Shown: piece by piece, positions 27,262 through 35,027 of the stretch | Layout: the number at the start of each line of letters is the position of its first letter | Numbering within the stretch: the first letter of the stretch is position 1 | DNA from: Bacillota bacterium | GTDB lineage: Bacteria; Bacillota; Clostridia; Oscillospirales; Oscillospiraceae | NCBI GenBank assembly: GCA_029268085.1 | Contig: JAJUHD010000001.1 | Location: forward strand, 18,502 to 82,501 | Direction: 5' to 3' | Length of the DNA: 64,000 nucleotides | Position numbers and translations under genes: made by a program | Notes under the pieces: generated by a model | What the model was told of the DNA's origin: nothing | The model's database searches: none | Seen by the model: only the letters and a program-made list of their open reading frames with translations

Positions 27262-28227
27262 TCAGCGGTGATACGCAAAGCGGCTCCCCTTGAGAACGCT
27301 CCATACTTCGTCGCATTCCGCAAGGACGTCGTTCGAAAGCGGGCCTTTTTCTATCAGCTCGAGATTTTGCTTCAGATATTCCGGACGGCTTATGCCGAGT
27401 ATGACGCTGCTAACATAATCGTAGGAGACGCACCAGCGCAGCGCAAGTTCCAAAAGCGAAATCCCGCATTTTTCGGCCGTTGCCGTGAGTTTTTCGATGG
27501 CGTCGAAGTTTTCGTCGTTAAAGTATCGCTTGTAATATCCGGGGTCAGCAAATCTCGTGTTTTCCATAGGGCGGCCCCTGCCGTGCTTGCCCGTAAGCAG
27601 ACCTGCGGCTATCGGGTTGTATATTACAAGACCCATGCTGTTTTTATTTATGCAGGGCACTAGCTCGGATTCTATTCCCCTGGTGAGCAGATTGTATACG
27701 CTTTCGGTGACGCAGGGCGCGATAAAGTTCCTTTTGTCGCAGATCCAAAGGGCGTCCGTAATCTGCCAGGCGGCAAAATTGCTCATGCCTATGTAGCGCA
27801 CCTTCCCCGAACGGACAAGGGAGCTCATCGCCTCAAGGGATTCCTCAAACGGGGTCGAGGGATCCGGACCGTGCATGTAGTATATGTCGAGATAGTCTGT
27901 CTGCAGCTGCCTGAGGCTTTTTTCGACGGCCGAAACTATATGCTTGCGGCTCAGGCCCTTGCCGTTGGGGCCGGGGGCGGTGTGCCCCAGAACCTTGCTT
28001 GCGAGGACAACCTCCTCGCGGCGCCCCTTGATGCCCTTGCCCGTTATTATTTCGCTCTGTCCGCCGGTGTAATTGTCCGAAGTGTCGATAAAGTTGACGC
28101 CGCTGTCAAGCGCGCTTTTGATTATCTCCACCGCATCCTGCTCGCTTGTCTGACCGCCGAAGGTCATTGCTCCCAAGCATACCCTGGACACCTTCAGCCC
28201 GGTGCCACGGATCGATCCGTACTCCAT
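27262..28227 (-). CDS. Aldo/keto reductase
   Basis: 321 aa. N-terminal LGAMTFGG, then FIDTSDNY and DIYYMHGPD, plus the C-terminal ILGISRPEYLKQNL. The pattern is the typical AKR11/Tas-like one. Confidence 0.9.
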   Translation of the reverse strand: MEYGSIRGTGLKVSRVCLGAMTFGGQTSEQDAVEIIKSALDSGVNFIDTSDNYTGGQSEIITGKGIKGRREEVVLASKVLGHTAPGPNGKGLSRKHIVSAVEKSLRQLQTDYLDIYYMHGPDPSTPFEESLEAMSSLVRSGKVRYIGMSNFAAWQITDALWICDKRNFIAPCVTESVYNLLTRGIESELVPCINKNSMGLVIYNPIAAGLLTGKHGRGRPMENTRFADPGYYKRYFNDENFDAIEKLTATAEKCGISLLELALRWCVSYDYVSSVILGISRPEYLKQNLELIEKGPLSNDVLAECDEVWSVLKGSRFAYHR

Positions 28228-28405
28228 AACATTTCCCCTTTCAATTCTTCAGCATAATTTACTTACTACACTATTTTAACACAAGCACAAAATTTTGTAA
28301 AAGATGCAAAAACAAGCCTTTATAAGAATGAAACGGCGCGTGACGGGTTATCATATTGTTAGTTTCCATAAAAGGAAATAATTATTTTAAGGAGAAGATA
28401 ATCAA

Positions 28406-28540
28406 ATGCCCAAGGACAACCAGAACGACAACAGGAATACCCGTCAGGACAAATCCGGCAATCAGTCGATAAACCGCGACAACCAGGGCGCGGGACAAAA
28501 TCCCAAAAAGCAGCCCGGCAGAAACAATTCCTCGAATTAG
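28406..28540 (+). CDS. Unannotated 44-aa highly hydrophilic N/Q/K/R-rich small protein
   Basis: ATG 28406 lies 7 nt after AAGGAGAAG. The product is MPKDNQNDNRNTRQDKSGNQSINRDNQGAGQNPKKQPGRNNSSN, ending at TAG 28538-28540. It is too short for the ORF track and is followed by the hairpin at 28593-28622. Confidence 0.45.
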   Translation: MPKDNQNDNRNTRQDKSGNQSINRDNQGAGQNPKKQPGRNNSSN

Positions 28541-28592
28541 GCCCGGCGGAAAGCACAAGGTATATAAAACGGCGAAAAAGTCTATAAAAAAA

Positions 28593-28622
28593 GCAAAGCA
28601 GCCTTTATCGGGGCTGCTTTGC
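28593..28622. terminator. Terminator hairpin shared by secF (-) and the small ORF (+)
   Basis: An 11-bp stem GCAAAGCAGCC / GGCTGCTTTGC. The A-run on the + side gives a U-tract for the secF transcript. Confidence 0.7.
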
Positions 28623-28640
28623 TCTATACGGCTAAAAATT

Positions 28641-29573
28641 TCAGGCTTTCGCCGTGCCGGGAGCGCCGCGGCGTTTCTGCCACATGGTCCAGAGGGGGCC
28701 GGCTATGCAAATTGTCGAATAGCAGCCCGAAATGGTGCCGAACATCATAGGCAGGGCGAAATCCTTGATGGACTGTATGTTATAAAACTGTGCGAAGATA
28801 TACGCTATCGTGATGCTGAGGAAAACGGCGATATTGGTATTGATCGAGCGCGTCATTGATTGCGTTATGCTTATGTCGACAAGGTCCTCGGGCGAAGTCT
28901 TTTTGTTCATTACGCCCTTGTTTTCTCTTATGCGGTCGTAAATGACTATCGTGTCGTTTATCGAAAAGCCTATTATGGTGAGTATTGCAGCGATAAACGA
29001 ATCGTTAAGCGGAATCCTGAAAATGAAGAAAACCGAGGTTACGACGAAAGCGTCGTGCAGGAGGGCTACTATTGCCATGGCGCCCGCGGAAAAACCGCCT
29101 ATCCTTCTGAAGCGCACGGCGACATAAAGGAGAATGAGCAGGAAGGAAAGCCCTATCGCAAGAAGGCCCTTTTGGAAAAACTGAGCGCCGATCGATGGCT
29201 GGACCGTGAGAGATTGGTAAAGGCTCAGCTTCGAGTCGGGAAAAGCTTTCTGAAGCTCAGCCGTGACCTGCTGCTGCTGCTGGGAAGTGATGGAGGCCCT
29301 GTTGGCAAGGTTTATCACAAGCGTTTTTTCGCTTTTGGCAAGATTGGTCTGAAGCTGTCCGCTGGCTGTCTTTCCGAGCACCTGCGAAGCGATGCTCCCG
29401 GCTTTTTCCGAGTCCACCGTTCCCGTATAGGTGTATTGCAAAATTGTGCCGCCCTGGAACTGTATGTCAAGCCTGACGCCGTTTATCAGAGCCGCGGCCA
29501 GACCCGAGAGTATAATTATTATGGAAATGGCGAAATACAGCTTTCTGTTTTTGTAAAAATTTATCTTTTTCAT
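28641..29573 (-). CDS. secF: Protein translocase subunit SecF
   Basis: The start is taken at MKKINFYKNRKLYF (ATG 29573), overlapping the secD stop as ATGA behind GGAGGT. There are six TM segments with the typical SecF blocks GFSINDTIVIYDRIREN. Confidence 0.9.
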   Translation of the reverse strand: MKKINFYKNRKLYFAISIIIILSGLAAALINGVRLDIQFQGGTILQYTYTGTVDSEKAGSIASQVLGKTASGQLQTNLAKSEKTLVINLANRASITSQQQQQVTAELQKAFPDSKLSLYQSLTVQPSIGAQFFQKGLLAIGLSFLLILLYVAVRFRRIGGFSAGAMAIVALLHDAFVVTSVFFIFRIPLNDSFIAAILTIIGFSINDTIVIYDRIRENKGVMNKKTSPEDLVDISITQSMTRSINTNIAVFLSITIAYIFAQFYNIQSIKDFALPMMFGTISGCYSTICIAGPLWTMWQKRRGAPGTAKA

Positions 29574-30850
29574 TTTGCCAACCTCCCGGCCCCGAAATAT
29601 ACCGGCTTCTGAAGAGGACGGTACTCGCCAAGCGACCTGATCATCAGGCGCGACGCCGTCACGCCTGCGACAAAGTTCATTATCACTCCGCATAGAAGGG
29701 TATAGCCGAAGGAGAGCAGCGAACCCGATCCGAATATTATCAGCATGAGCGAAACGATGATGACGGTTATGTTGCCGTCAAAAACAGAGGAGAACGCCCT
29801 GTGGAAGCCGGAGTCTATCGAGCTTCTTATAGTCTTGCCGGAAGCAAGCTCCTCCTTTATTCGTTCGGATACTATTACGTTGGCATCGACGCCCATTCCT
29901 ATGGAAAGTATTATTCCGGCAATGCCTGGCAGGGTCAGCGTGAACTGAGGAACCGAAAGAGCGAGGAGCTGTCCCGACACCTGGAGCATCAGGGCGACGC
30001 AGGCGACAAGCCCGGGCAGCCTGTAGTAAAAAAGCATGAACAGGCAGACAAGAATGAAAGCAACGATGCCCGCCCTGACCATCACGCTCAGCGCCGAGCT
30101 TCCAAGCGTCGGCGAAATGATGTTGCAGTTGTTGACTACCATGGAGAAGGGGAGGGCTCCGGAGTTTATTTTGTTGGAGAGGCTTGTGGCTTCCTTAAGG
30201 CCTCCGATATTCGTAATGTTTGCATAGTTCGTCGTGATCTTGCTCTGAACCGTCGGAGCCGAGATAAGAGTGTTGTCCATGTAGATCGAAATCCTCTGGC
30301 CATAAAACTCCTCAGTCGCCTTCGAGAACTTCTCGGTGGCGGCGTCCGTGAACTGCAGCACGACAACATAAGATCCGTCGGTTCCGAGCTGCGCGTAGCT
30401 CCTCTTAATGTCGGAGCCCTGAAGCACGACATTGCCCGTCGGGTCCCGGAAGGTCAAGAGCGCGGTCTCTCCGAGCTCGGTGACGGCTTTTTCGGGGTCA
30501 AAATCCTTTTCCTTGGACTGCCAGGGGAACCTGACTATCACGGAGCCGTTTGTCGAATCGACCTGGATCTCGCGGTCCGTTATATTCGCCGCGTCCATGC
30601 GCGCTTCCAGTATGGTTTTTATGGAGTCAAGCTCCTGCGCTGTCGGCGCCCTGCCGAGATCCTTCGGCGAGTATGTGGCCTCGACGCCTCCGCGTATGTC
30701 TATTCCGAAGCGCATGTCCGCGCTGCCTTTGATGTCATAATCGCCGATTTTGACGCCGAAAAGAGAAACGTACAGCAGCAGCGCCGATATTAGGAAGACG
30801 ACAAAAAAGGTCGCCTTCGAGTTGAACAGGTACAAAAACGATTTTTTCAA
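29570..30850 (-). CDS. secD: Protein translocase subunit SecD
   Basis: 426 aa, with a large periplasmic P1 domain followed by GMGVDANVIVSERIKEE. Confidence 0.9.
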   Translation of the reverse strand: MKKSFLYLFNSKATFFVVFLISALLLYVSLFGVKIGDYDIKGSADMRFGIDIRGGVEATYSPKDLGRAPTAQELDSIKTILEARMDAANITDREIQVDSTNGSVIVRFPWQSKEKDFDPEKAVTELGETALLTFRDPTGNVVLQGSDIKRSYAQLGTDGSYVVVLQFTDAATEKFSKATEEFYGQRISIYMDNTLISAPTVQSKITTNYANITNIGGLKEATSLSNKINSGALPFSMVVNNCNIISPTLGSSALSVMVRAGIVAFILVCLFMLFYYRLPGLVACVALMLQVSGQLLALSVPQFTLTLPGIAGIILSIGMGVDANVIVSERIKEELASGKTIRSSIDSGFHRAFSSVFDGNITVIIVSLMLIIFGSGSLLSFGYTLLCGVIMNFVAGVTASRLMIRSLGEYRPLQKPVYFGAGRLAK

Positions 30851-30898
30851 TAATATTCCTCCTAAGTATTGCTGAAAGCTGAAACGAGGCTGGGCACG

Positions 30899-31270
30899 CT
30901 ACTTCATTCCGTCGCCAAGATGAAAGAATTCGGCTGTCTTTGCCTGATTAGGAAGGGAATAAGGCGCGGCAAATCGTATATAGTAAAGGATGAAAGCGTA
31001 TTCGTCGTCGCGGCGCTCCGGGATCCGGGCGGGGCCGAATCCCTGGGCGGGAAAAAAGCGGGTATCCCTAAGAAACGAACTTTCCCCGAGCCTCAGGGGA
31101 CCGGATATATTTCCGAGTATCGGCTTTAAGGACGGAAAAGCCCCGGCCCTGCGCTCGGAGGATGAGACGCCCCCATTTGCAAGGAGCAAAACGGCAAGAC
31201 TGGTTATAAGCAGAAAAAAAGGAGAAAAAAAGAGCAGAAATGCAGGCGCCTTTTTTGAGTCCATAGACAT
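30899..31270 (-). CDS. Hypothetical signal-anchored small protein (weak call)
   Basis: 123 aa with an N-terminal hydrophobic helix (FLLFFSPFFLLITSLAVLLLA). It has the same orientation as secDF. The RBS is weak and no family was recognised. Confidence 0.35.
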   Translation of the reverse strand: MSMDSKKAPAFLLFFSPFFLLITSLAVLLLANGGVSSSERRAGAFPSLKPILGNISGPLRLGESSFLRDTRFFPAQGFGPARIPERRDDEYAFILYYIRFAAPYSLPNQAKTAEFFHLGDGMK

Positions 31271-31439
31271 TTTCCTGCATCCTTTCTTGTATTATACATA
31301 ACTATGCTATTATATTACTATTATTGCCCATGTCAATATCTGAAAGCTTTCAGGGCCTGAGCGCACGGCGGCGACAGCCTCGTAAAGCGGAGCGAATTTA
31401 GGTTATTCGGATTGCGGCGCGTTTAATGTCTTTGGTGTA

Positions 31440-31468
31440 TTGATTATTGAAAAAATAAGGAGTAAAAT
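31440..31468 (+). promoter_or_regulatory. Sigma-A-type promoter of the trkA pair
   Basis: TTGATT (31440-31445), a 17-nt spacer, then TAAAAT (31463-31468). Confidence 0.5.
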
Positions 31469-31469
31469 A

Positions 31470-31589
31470 CATCATCAGCGGCAAAACGGACGATATCCGC
31501 ATCGGAGAGCAGGGAGCTTTCCGCGGCTTTCCGGGCGGGGGCGTTTGCATAAAACCACGGACGGAAGCTAACAGAGGGAGGCAAAAATC
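31470..31589 (+). promoter_or_regulatory. 5' leader with partial resemblance to the c-di-AMP (ydaO/yuaA) riboswitch 3' half (candidate only)
   Basis: GAGCAGGGAGC, CGGGGGCG and CGGACGGAAGCTAAC-N-GGGAGGCAAAAA loosely match the conserved GAGCGGGGGACC, GGGGUGAAUC and CCGnCAGCUAAC...GGAGG blocks. The genomic context (ktrA/trkA-type genes) is the classic one for this riboswitch. Confidence 0.3.
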
Positions 31590-32240
31590 GTGAAGGTTAT
31601 AATCATAGGCTGCGGCAGGATGGGCTCTGGCCTTGCAGTCAAGATGTCCCAGAAGGGCCACGACGTAACTGTCATAGACATTAACGCCGAGGCGTTCAAG
31701 CTCCTCGGCGGGGATTTCAAAGGAAATACTATAAACGGGTTCGGATACGATAAGGACATCCTGGAAAAAGCCAAGATACAGATGGCGGACGCCGTAGTCG
31801 CCTGCAGCAACAGCGACGAGGTAAACGCCCTCATAGGCAGGATTTCGCTCAATATGTACAAGGTGCCCCGCGTCATCTCCCGGCTTTACGATCCGCGCAA
31901 GGCGGAGATTTACCGAACGCTCGGCATACAGACTATCTCCACCGTGACCTGGGGGATAGAACGCTGCGCCGAAATGCTCAGCTACAATCAGATAGACAGC
32001 ATCATGAGCATAGGCGACAACAACGTCGAGCTTGTAAGGATCGAGGTCCCGGAGTCCTTGGTCGGAAAAACCCTGAATGAAGTTTCTGCAATCGGGGAAA
32101 TAAGGGTCGTTGCCATAAGCAGGAACAACAGGACATTTCTGCCCACGCTGGCCACGGTTTTGGAGGAGCACGACGTAATATATCTTGCCGTCATGCTTTC
32201 GTCGATTGAAAGGCTTAAGCATATGCTGGGCCTTGAATGA
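31590..32240 (+). CDS. trkA: K+ uptake system RCK subunit (TrkA/KtrA-type, TrkA_N + TrkA_C)
   Basis: GTG start behind GGGAGG. VKVIIIGCGRMG is a Rossmann GxGxxG motif. The C-terminal segment VELVRIEVPESLVGKTLNEV is an RCK_C region. Confidence 0.85.
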   Translation: MKVIIIGCGRMGSGLAVKMSQKGHDVTVIDINAEAFKLLGGDFKGNTINGFGYDKDILEKAKIQMADAVVACSNSDEVNALIGRISLNMYKVPRVISRLYDPRKAEIYRTLGIQTISTVTWGIERCAEMLSYNQIDSIMSIGDNNVELVRIEVPESLVGKTLNEVSAIGEIRVVAISRNNRTFLPTLATVLEEHDVIYLAVMLSSIERLKHMLGLE

Positions 32241-32250
32241 GCTGGAGGGA

Positions 32251-32919
32251 ATGAAAATGAACATTTTAATTATAGGCGGAGGACAGGTCGGAGAGCATCT
32301 CGCAAAGCTGATGATTGAAAACAGGCTTTCGGTCAAAATAATAGACAATCGCGAGTCGATAGTGGCGAGGCTGAGAAGCAAGTATCCCCCGGAATTGATA
32401 TTTCTGGGCGACGGCACCGACACGGGAGTCTTAGAGGCCTGCGGGATTTCGGAGGCGGACGTTGTGGCGGCCGTGACGGGCGCCGACGAGTCGAACCTCG
32501 TGGTCTCAACGATAGCCAAGTATGAATTCAATGTGCCGAGAGTAATCGCGCGCGTGAACAACCCCAGAAACGAGTGGCTTTATAACTCGAATATGGGAGT
32601 TGACGTCGCGATAAACCAGGCGGATATAATGGCACACCTGATTGTCGAGGAAATTGACATCAAGAATATGATGACGCTCATGAAAACAAGCCGCGGCAAA
32701 CGCTCCATTGTTCAGATACAGGTCGACGAGGGTGCCCGCGCCGCAGGGAAGCTGGTCAGGGAGCTAGAATTGCCGCATGAAGCGCTGCTCATCGCAATCC
32801 ACCGCGGGGACGATGTGATCATACCCAGGGGGGGCACCCAGATAATGGCCGGCGACGGGATCCTTGCTTTCATCAACGACGAGTCCCGAGCGAAGCTCAA
32901 CGGTATTTTCTGCCGGTGA
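32251..32919 (+). CDS. trkA: K+ uptake system RCK subunit, second paralog
   Basis: The start is taken at MKMNILIIGGGQVG (ATG 32251) behind GGAGGGA. The C-terminal SIVQIQVDEGARAAGKLVRELELP is an RCK_C region. Confidence 0.85.
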   Translation: MKMNILIIGGGQVGEHLAKLMIENRLSVKIIDNRESIVARLRSKYPPELIFLGDGTDTGVLEACGISEADVVAAVTGADESNLVVSTIAKYEFNVPRVIARVNNPRNEWLYNSNMGVDVAINQADIMAHLIVEEIDIKNMMTLMKTSRGKRSIVQIQVDEGARAAGKLVRELELPHEALLIAIHRGDDVIIPRGGTQIMAGDGILAFINDESRAKLNGIFCR

Positions 32920-33012
32920 CGGCCGAGCGGGATAAAAAAATCGACGCAGGGGCCGTCGGGATTCCTGCGTCAATTTTTTGACGGAATATTATAAATAAAA
33001 TTATTTTATGTA

Positions 33013-33041
33013 TTGAAAAAATACGGAATAAGTAGTAAAAT
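33013..33041 (+). promoter_or_regulatory. Near-consensus sigma-A promoter of the long leader upstream of the PRC-MgtE_N-CBS gene
   Basis: TTGAAA (33013-33018), a 17-nt spacer, then TAAAAT (33036-33041). The surrounding sequence resembles the trkA promoter region (ATTGAAAAAATA.GGA...GTAAAATACAT). Confidence 0.6.
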
Positions 33042-33209
33042 ACATTGGCTCATATGGAATCTCGGCTCGGCCGAGAAAAAACTTTTATTATCCCGGGAGA
33101 TGTGCTGGCAGAATGGACGCTGACCGAATACCCGCGCAAAACAGCTTCAAAACTGGTGCCGAACTTAATATGTATTTCTGCCGTTGATCACTGAGAATTG
33201 TTATTTCAG

Positions 33210-33246
33210 CCGCGGCAGTTGTTCTGCTGCGGTTTTTTGTTTTTTC
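33210..33246 (+). terminator. Intrinsic terminator inside the leader (attenuator candidate)
   Basis: A 9-bp stem CCGCGGCAG / CTGCTGCGG (one G-U pair) followed by TTTTTTGTTTTTT. It lies ~290 nt upstream of the start codon. Confidence 0.7.
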
Positions 33247-33533
33247 GCGAAGGGACAGGACGCGGCTCTGAGCGGTTTCATTTCGATTATTTTGGCGAGA
33301 ATATAAAAGGCGCTTCCCGTTAATGCTTCGGAATATTATTAAGGGACAGGCCTTCCGGCAGGCACCGAGCGGGGCAAAAGGCAATAACCTGTAAGGGGAA
33401 GAAAAATGGTTTGCAAATAGAGGAAGAGCCTGCGGATACAAGACTCCGTAACGCGGATTGCGAAGCCGGAGCCCGGTTTTGGCTTTCCTTGTATAAATCT
33501 ATTATTATTCCTTATAAAAAAGGAGGGTTGAAG

Positions 33534-34784
33534 ATGCATCTGGTATCAATGTATTATTTCAGTCAGGTGGTCGGCAAAAAAGTACGCGACTCAAGCGGCG
33601 CTGTTATCGGGAAACTGAAAGACCTTATCGCGGACACGGATTATGCCCGGCCTAAGGTTGTCGCAGCGCTTCTGCAAATAAACGGCAAGCCGCGAGCCGT
33701 GGATATTAACTCCGTCACGGTTTCAAAGCCCGGCAGGAAGCTCGTAATCACATGCGAAAGCCTGGAGCCGTTTTCGGAGGAAGGATTAAACACAATGCGG
33801 CTCGGGGAGAACGTCCTCGACAGGCAGATTGTCGATGTAAACGTGCGCAAGCTCGTGCGCGTTAACGATATCAGGCTCGCGGTCATGGCAAACGGAACAT
33901 ACGTCATAGCCACAGACGTGGGCACGGAGGGATTTCTGCGCAGACTCGGAGCTGAAAGGATGGTTTCGGCGCTTCTTAAACCCTTCGGAGTCGCCGTGCC
34001 GAGCCACCTCATCCTATGGGACGACGTAGAGGCCATAAATTTCGGGCATGCCGGGATCAAGCTTAAAAAGGAGAACTCCAGCCTCAACAAGCTTCACCCT
34101 TCTGACCTTGCCGATATCCTCGAAGATATGGACCGCAACACGAGACTTCAGGTTTTCAGCTCGCTTGACACCGAAAAAGCCGCGGACGTGCTAGAGGAGA
34201 TGGACAGCGAAGCCCGTGAGAACCTGCTTGAGAGCATGCCGACTGATATGATGGCGGACCTCCTCGAAACCATGCCCGCCGACGAGGTCGCCGACATTCT
34301 CGACGACGTCAGCGAGGAAAAGGCCGAAGAGCTGCTCAACGAAATGGAAAACGAGGCTTCCAGCGAGGTAAGGGAGCTCATGGAGTACGAGGACAACGAG
34401 GTCGGCAGCCTTATGACCACCGACTACGTTTCCTTTAAAGACCACTACACGGTCGAGGAGACCCTTAACATACTCCGCGAAACAAAACCGGAAAGCGATA
34501 CTATATACTATCTCTATATAGTCAACGACGAGGGAAAGCTCGAAGCGACCGTGTCGCTGCGGGACATTGTCGTGGCAAAGCCGGAAACAAAACTGCGCGA
34601 CATTATGAAAACTGACATAGTGTACGTCAGGGATATCGATAAGATAGACTCCATAAACGACATCATAGCGAGGTATAACCTTTTGGCTGTGCCCGTCACC
34701 GACGAGGATAAGTCCATGCTTGGCATGGTCATAATAAACGACATTATTTACAATCTTCTCAAGTCGAGGAGAAAGAGGATTTAG
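33534..34784 (+). CDS. Soluble PRC-barrel + MgtE_N + tandem CBS protein (no MgtE membrane domain)
   Basis: The start is taken at MHLVSMYYF (ATG 33534) behind AAAGGAGGG. The PRC-like N-terminus reads VVGKKVRDSSGAVIGKLKDLI. The acidic MgtE_N helices read LADILEDMD...AADVLEEMD...MADLLETMPADEVADILDD. A CBS pair follows, and the protein ends at LLKSRRKRI with no TM helices. Confidence 0.8.
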   Translation: MHLVSMYYFSQVVGKKVRDSSGAVIGKLKDLIADTDYARPKVVAALLQINGKPRAVDINSVTVSKPGRKLVITCESLEPFSEEGLNTMRLGENVLDRQIVDVNVRKLVRVNDIRLAVMANGTYVIATDVGTEGFLRRLGAERMVSALLKPFGVAVPSHLILWDDVEAINFGHAGIKLKKENSSLNKLHPSDLADILEDMDRNTRLQVFSSLDTEKAADVLEEMDSEARENLLESMPTDMMADLLETMPADEVADILDDVSEEKAEELLNEMENEASSEVRELMEYEDNEVGSLMTTDYVSFKDHYTVEETLNILRETKPESDTIYYLYIVNDEGKLEATVSLRDIVVAKPETKLRDIMKTDIVYVRDIDKIDSINDIIARYNLLAVPVTDEDKSMLGMVIINDIIYNLLKSRRKRI

Positions 34785-34854
34785 TGCTGGGAGCTTTCGC
34801 TAAAGAAAGCGCGCTGGAATCTGGAATCCACGGTCTTTTGTACAAAATTAAAAA

Positions 34855-34883
34855 ACGGGCTTCCCGCAGTTCGGGAGGCCCGT
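34855..34883. terminator. Bidirectional terminator between the CBS gene (+) and dnaJ (-)
   Basis: A 12-bp stem ACGGGCTTCCCG / CGGGAGGCCCGT (one G-U pair), flanked by AAAAA and TTTTTT. Confidence 0.8.
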
Positions 34884-35027
34884 TTTTTATAAAACACGGC
34901 AGCCGTATCTTCGCCCGAGAAATCATAAAGGCGCTTTGCGATTATGTATACTGCTGCCGGTTTGCGCAATCAAGCGCCCTGGCCATGCCGCCAAAGCGCC
35001 TGATAAGCAAAGACAAAACCGGATATT

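Noticed and set aside
28359-28556. A 65-aa minus-strand ORF from the ORF track
   Set aside because: It is antisense to the better-supported 44-codon plus-strand ORF (28406-28540), which has an RBS. The minus ORF has no RBS and a Cys/Arg-rich composition.
33331-33400. A glycine-riboswitch-like string, GGGACAGG...CACCGAGCGGGGCAAAAGG...CCTGTAAGGGG
   Set aside because: It resembles the ACCGAAGGGGCAA core only loosely, with an indel in the most conserved block and no CUCAGG..AAAGGAC element. The downstream gene is unrelated to glycine metabolism. It is kept only as part of the unclassified leader finding.
33088-33441. A 117-aa minus-strand ORF, and the 33411 start of the plus-strand ORF, inside the long leader
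   Set aside because: Neither has an RBS. The sequence is better explained by promoter, hairpin and terminator elements. The true CDS start, at 33534, has a strong AAAGGAGGG RBS.
32920-33533. An M-box (Mg2+ riboswitch), expected upstream of an MgtE-related gene
   Set aside because: None of the M-box hallmark blocks (GUUAGGUGAGGCU, AAUGGG, GCUAAAGCUCUACG-like) are present on either strand.
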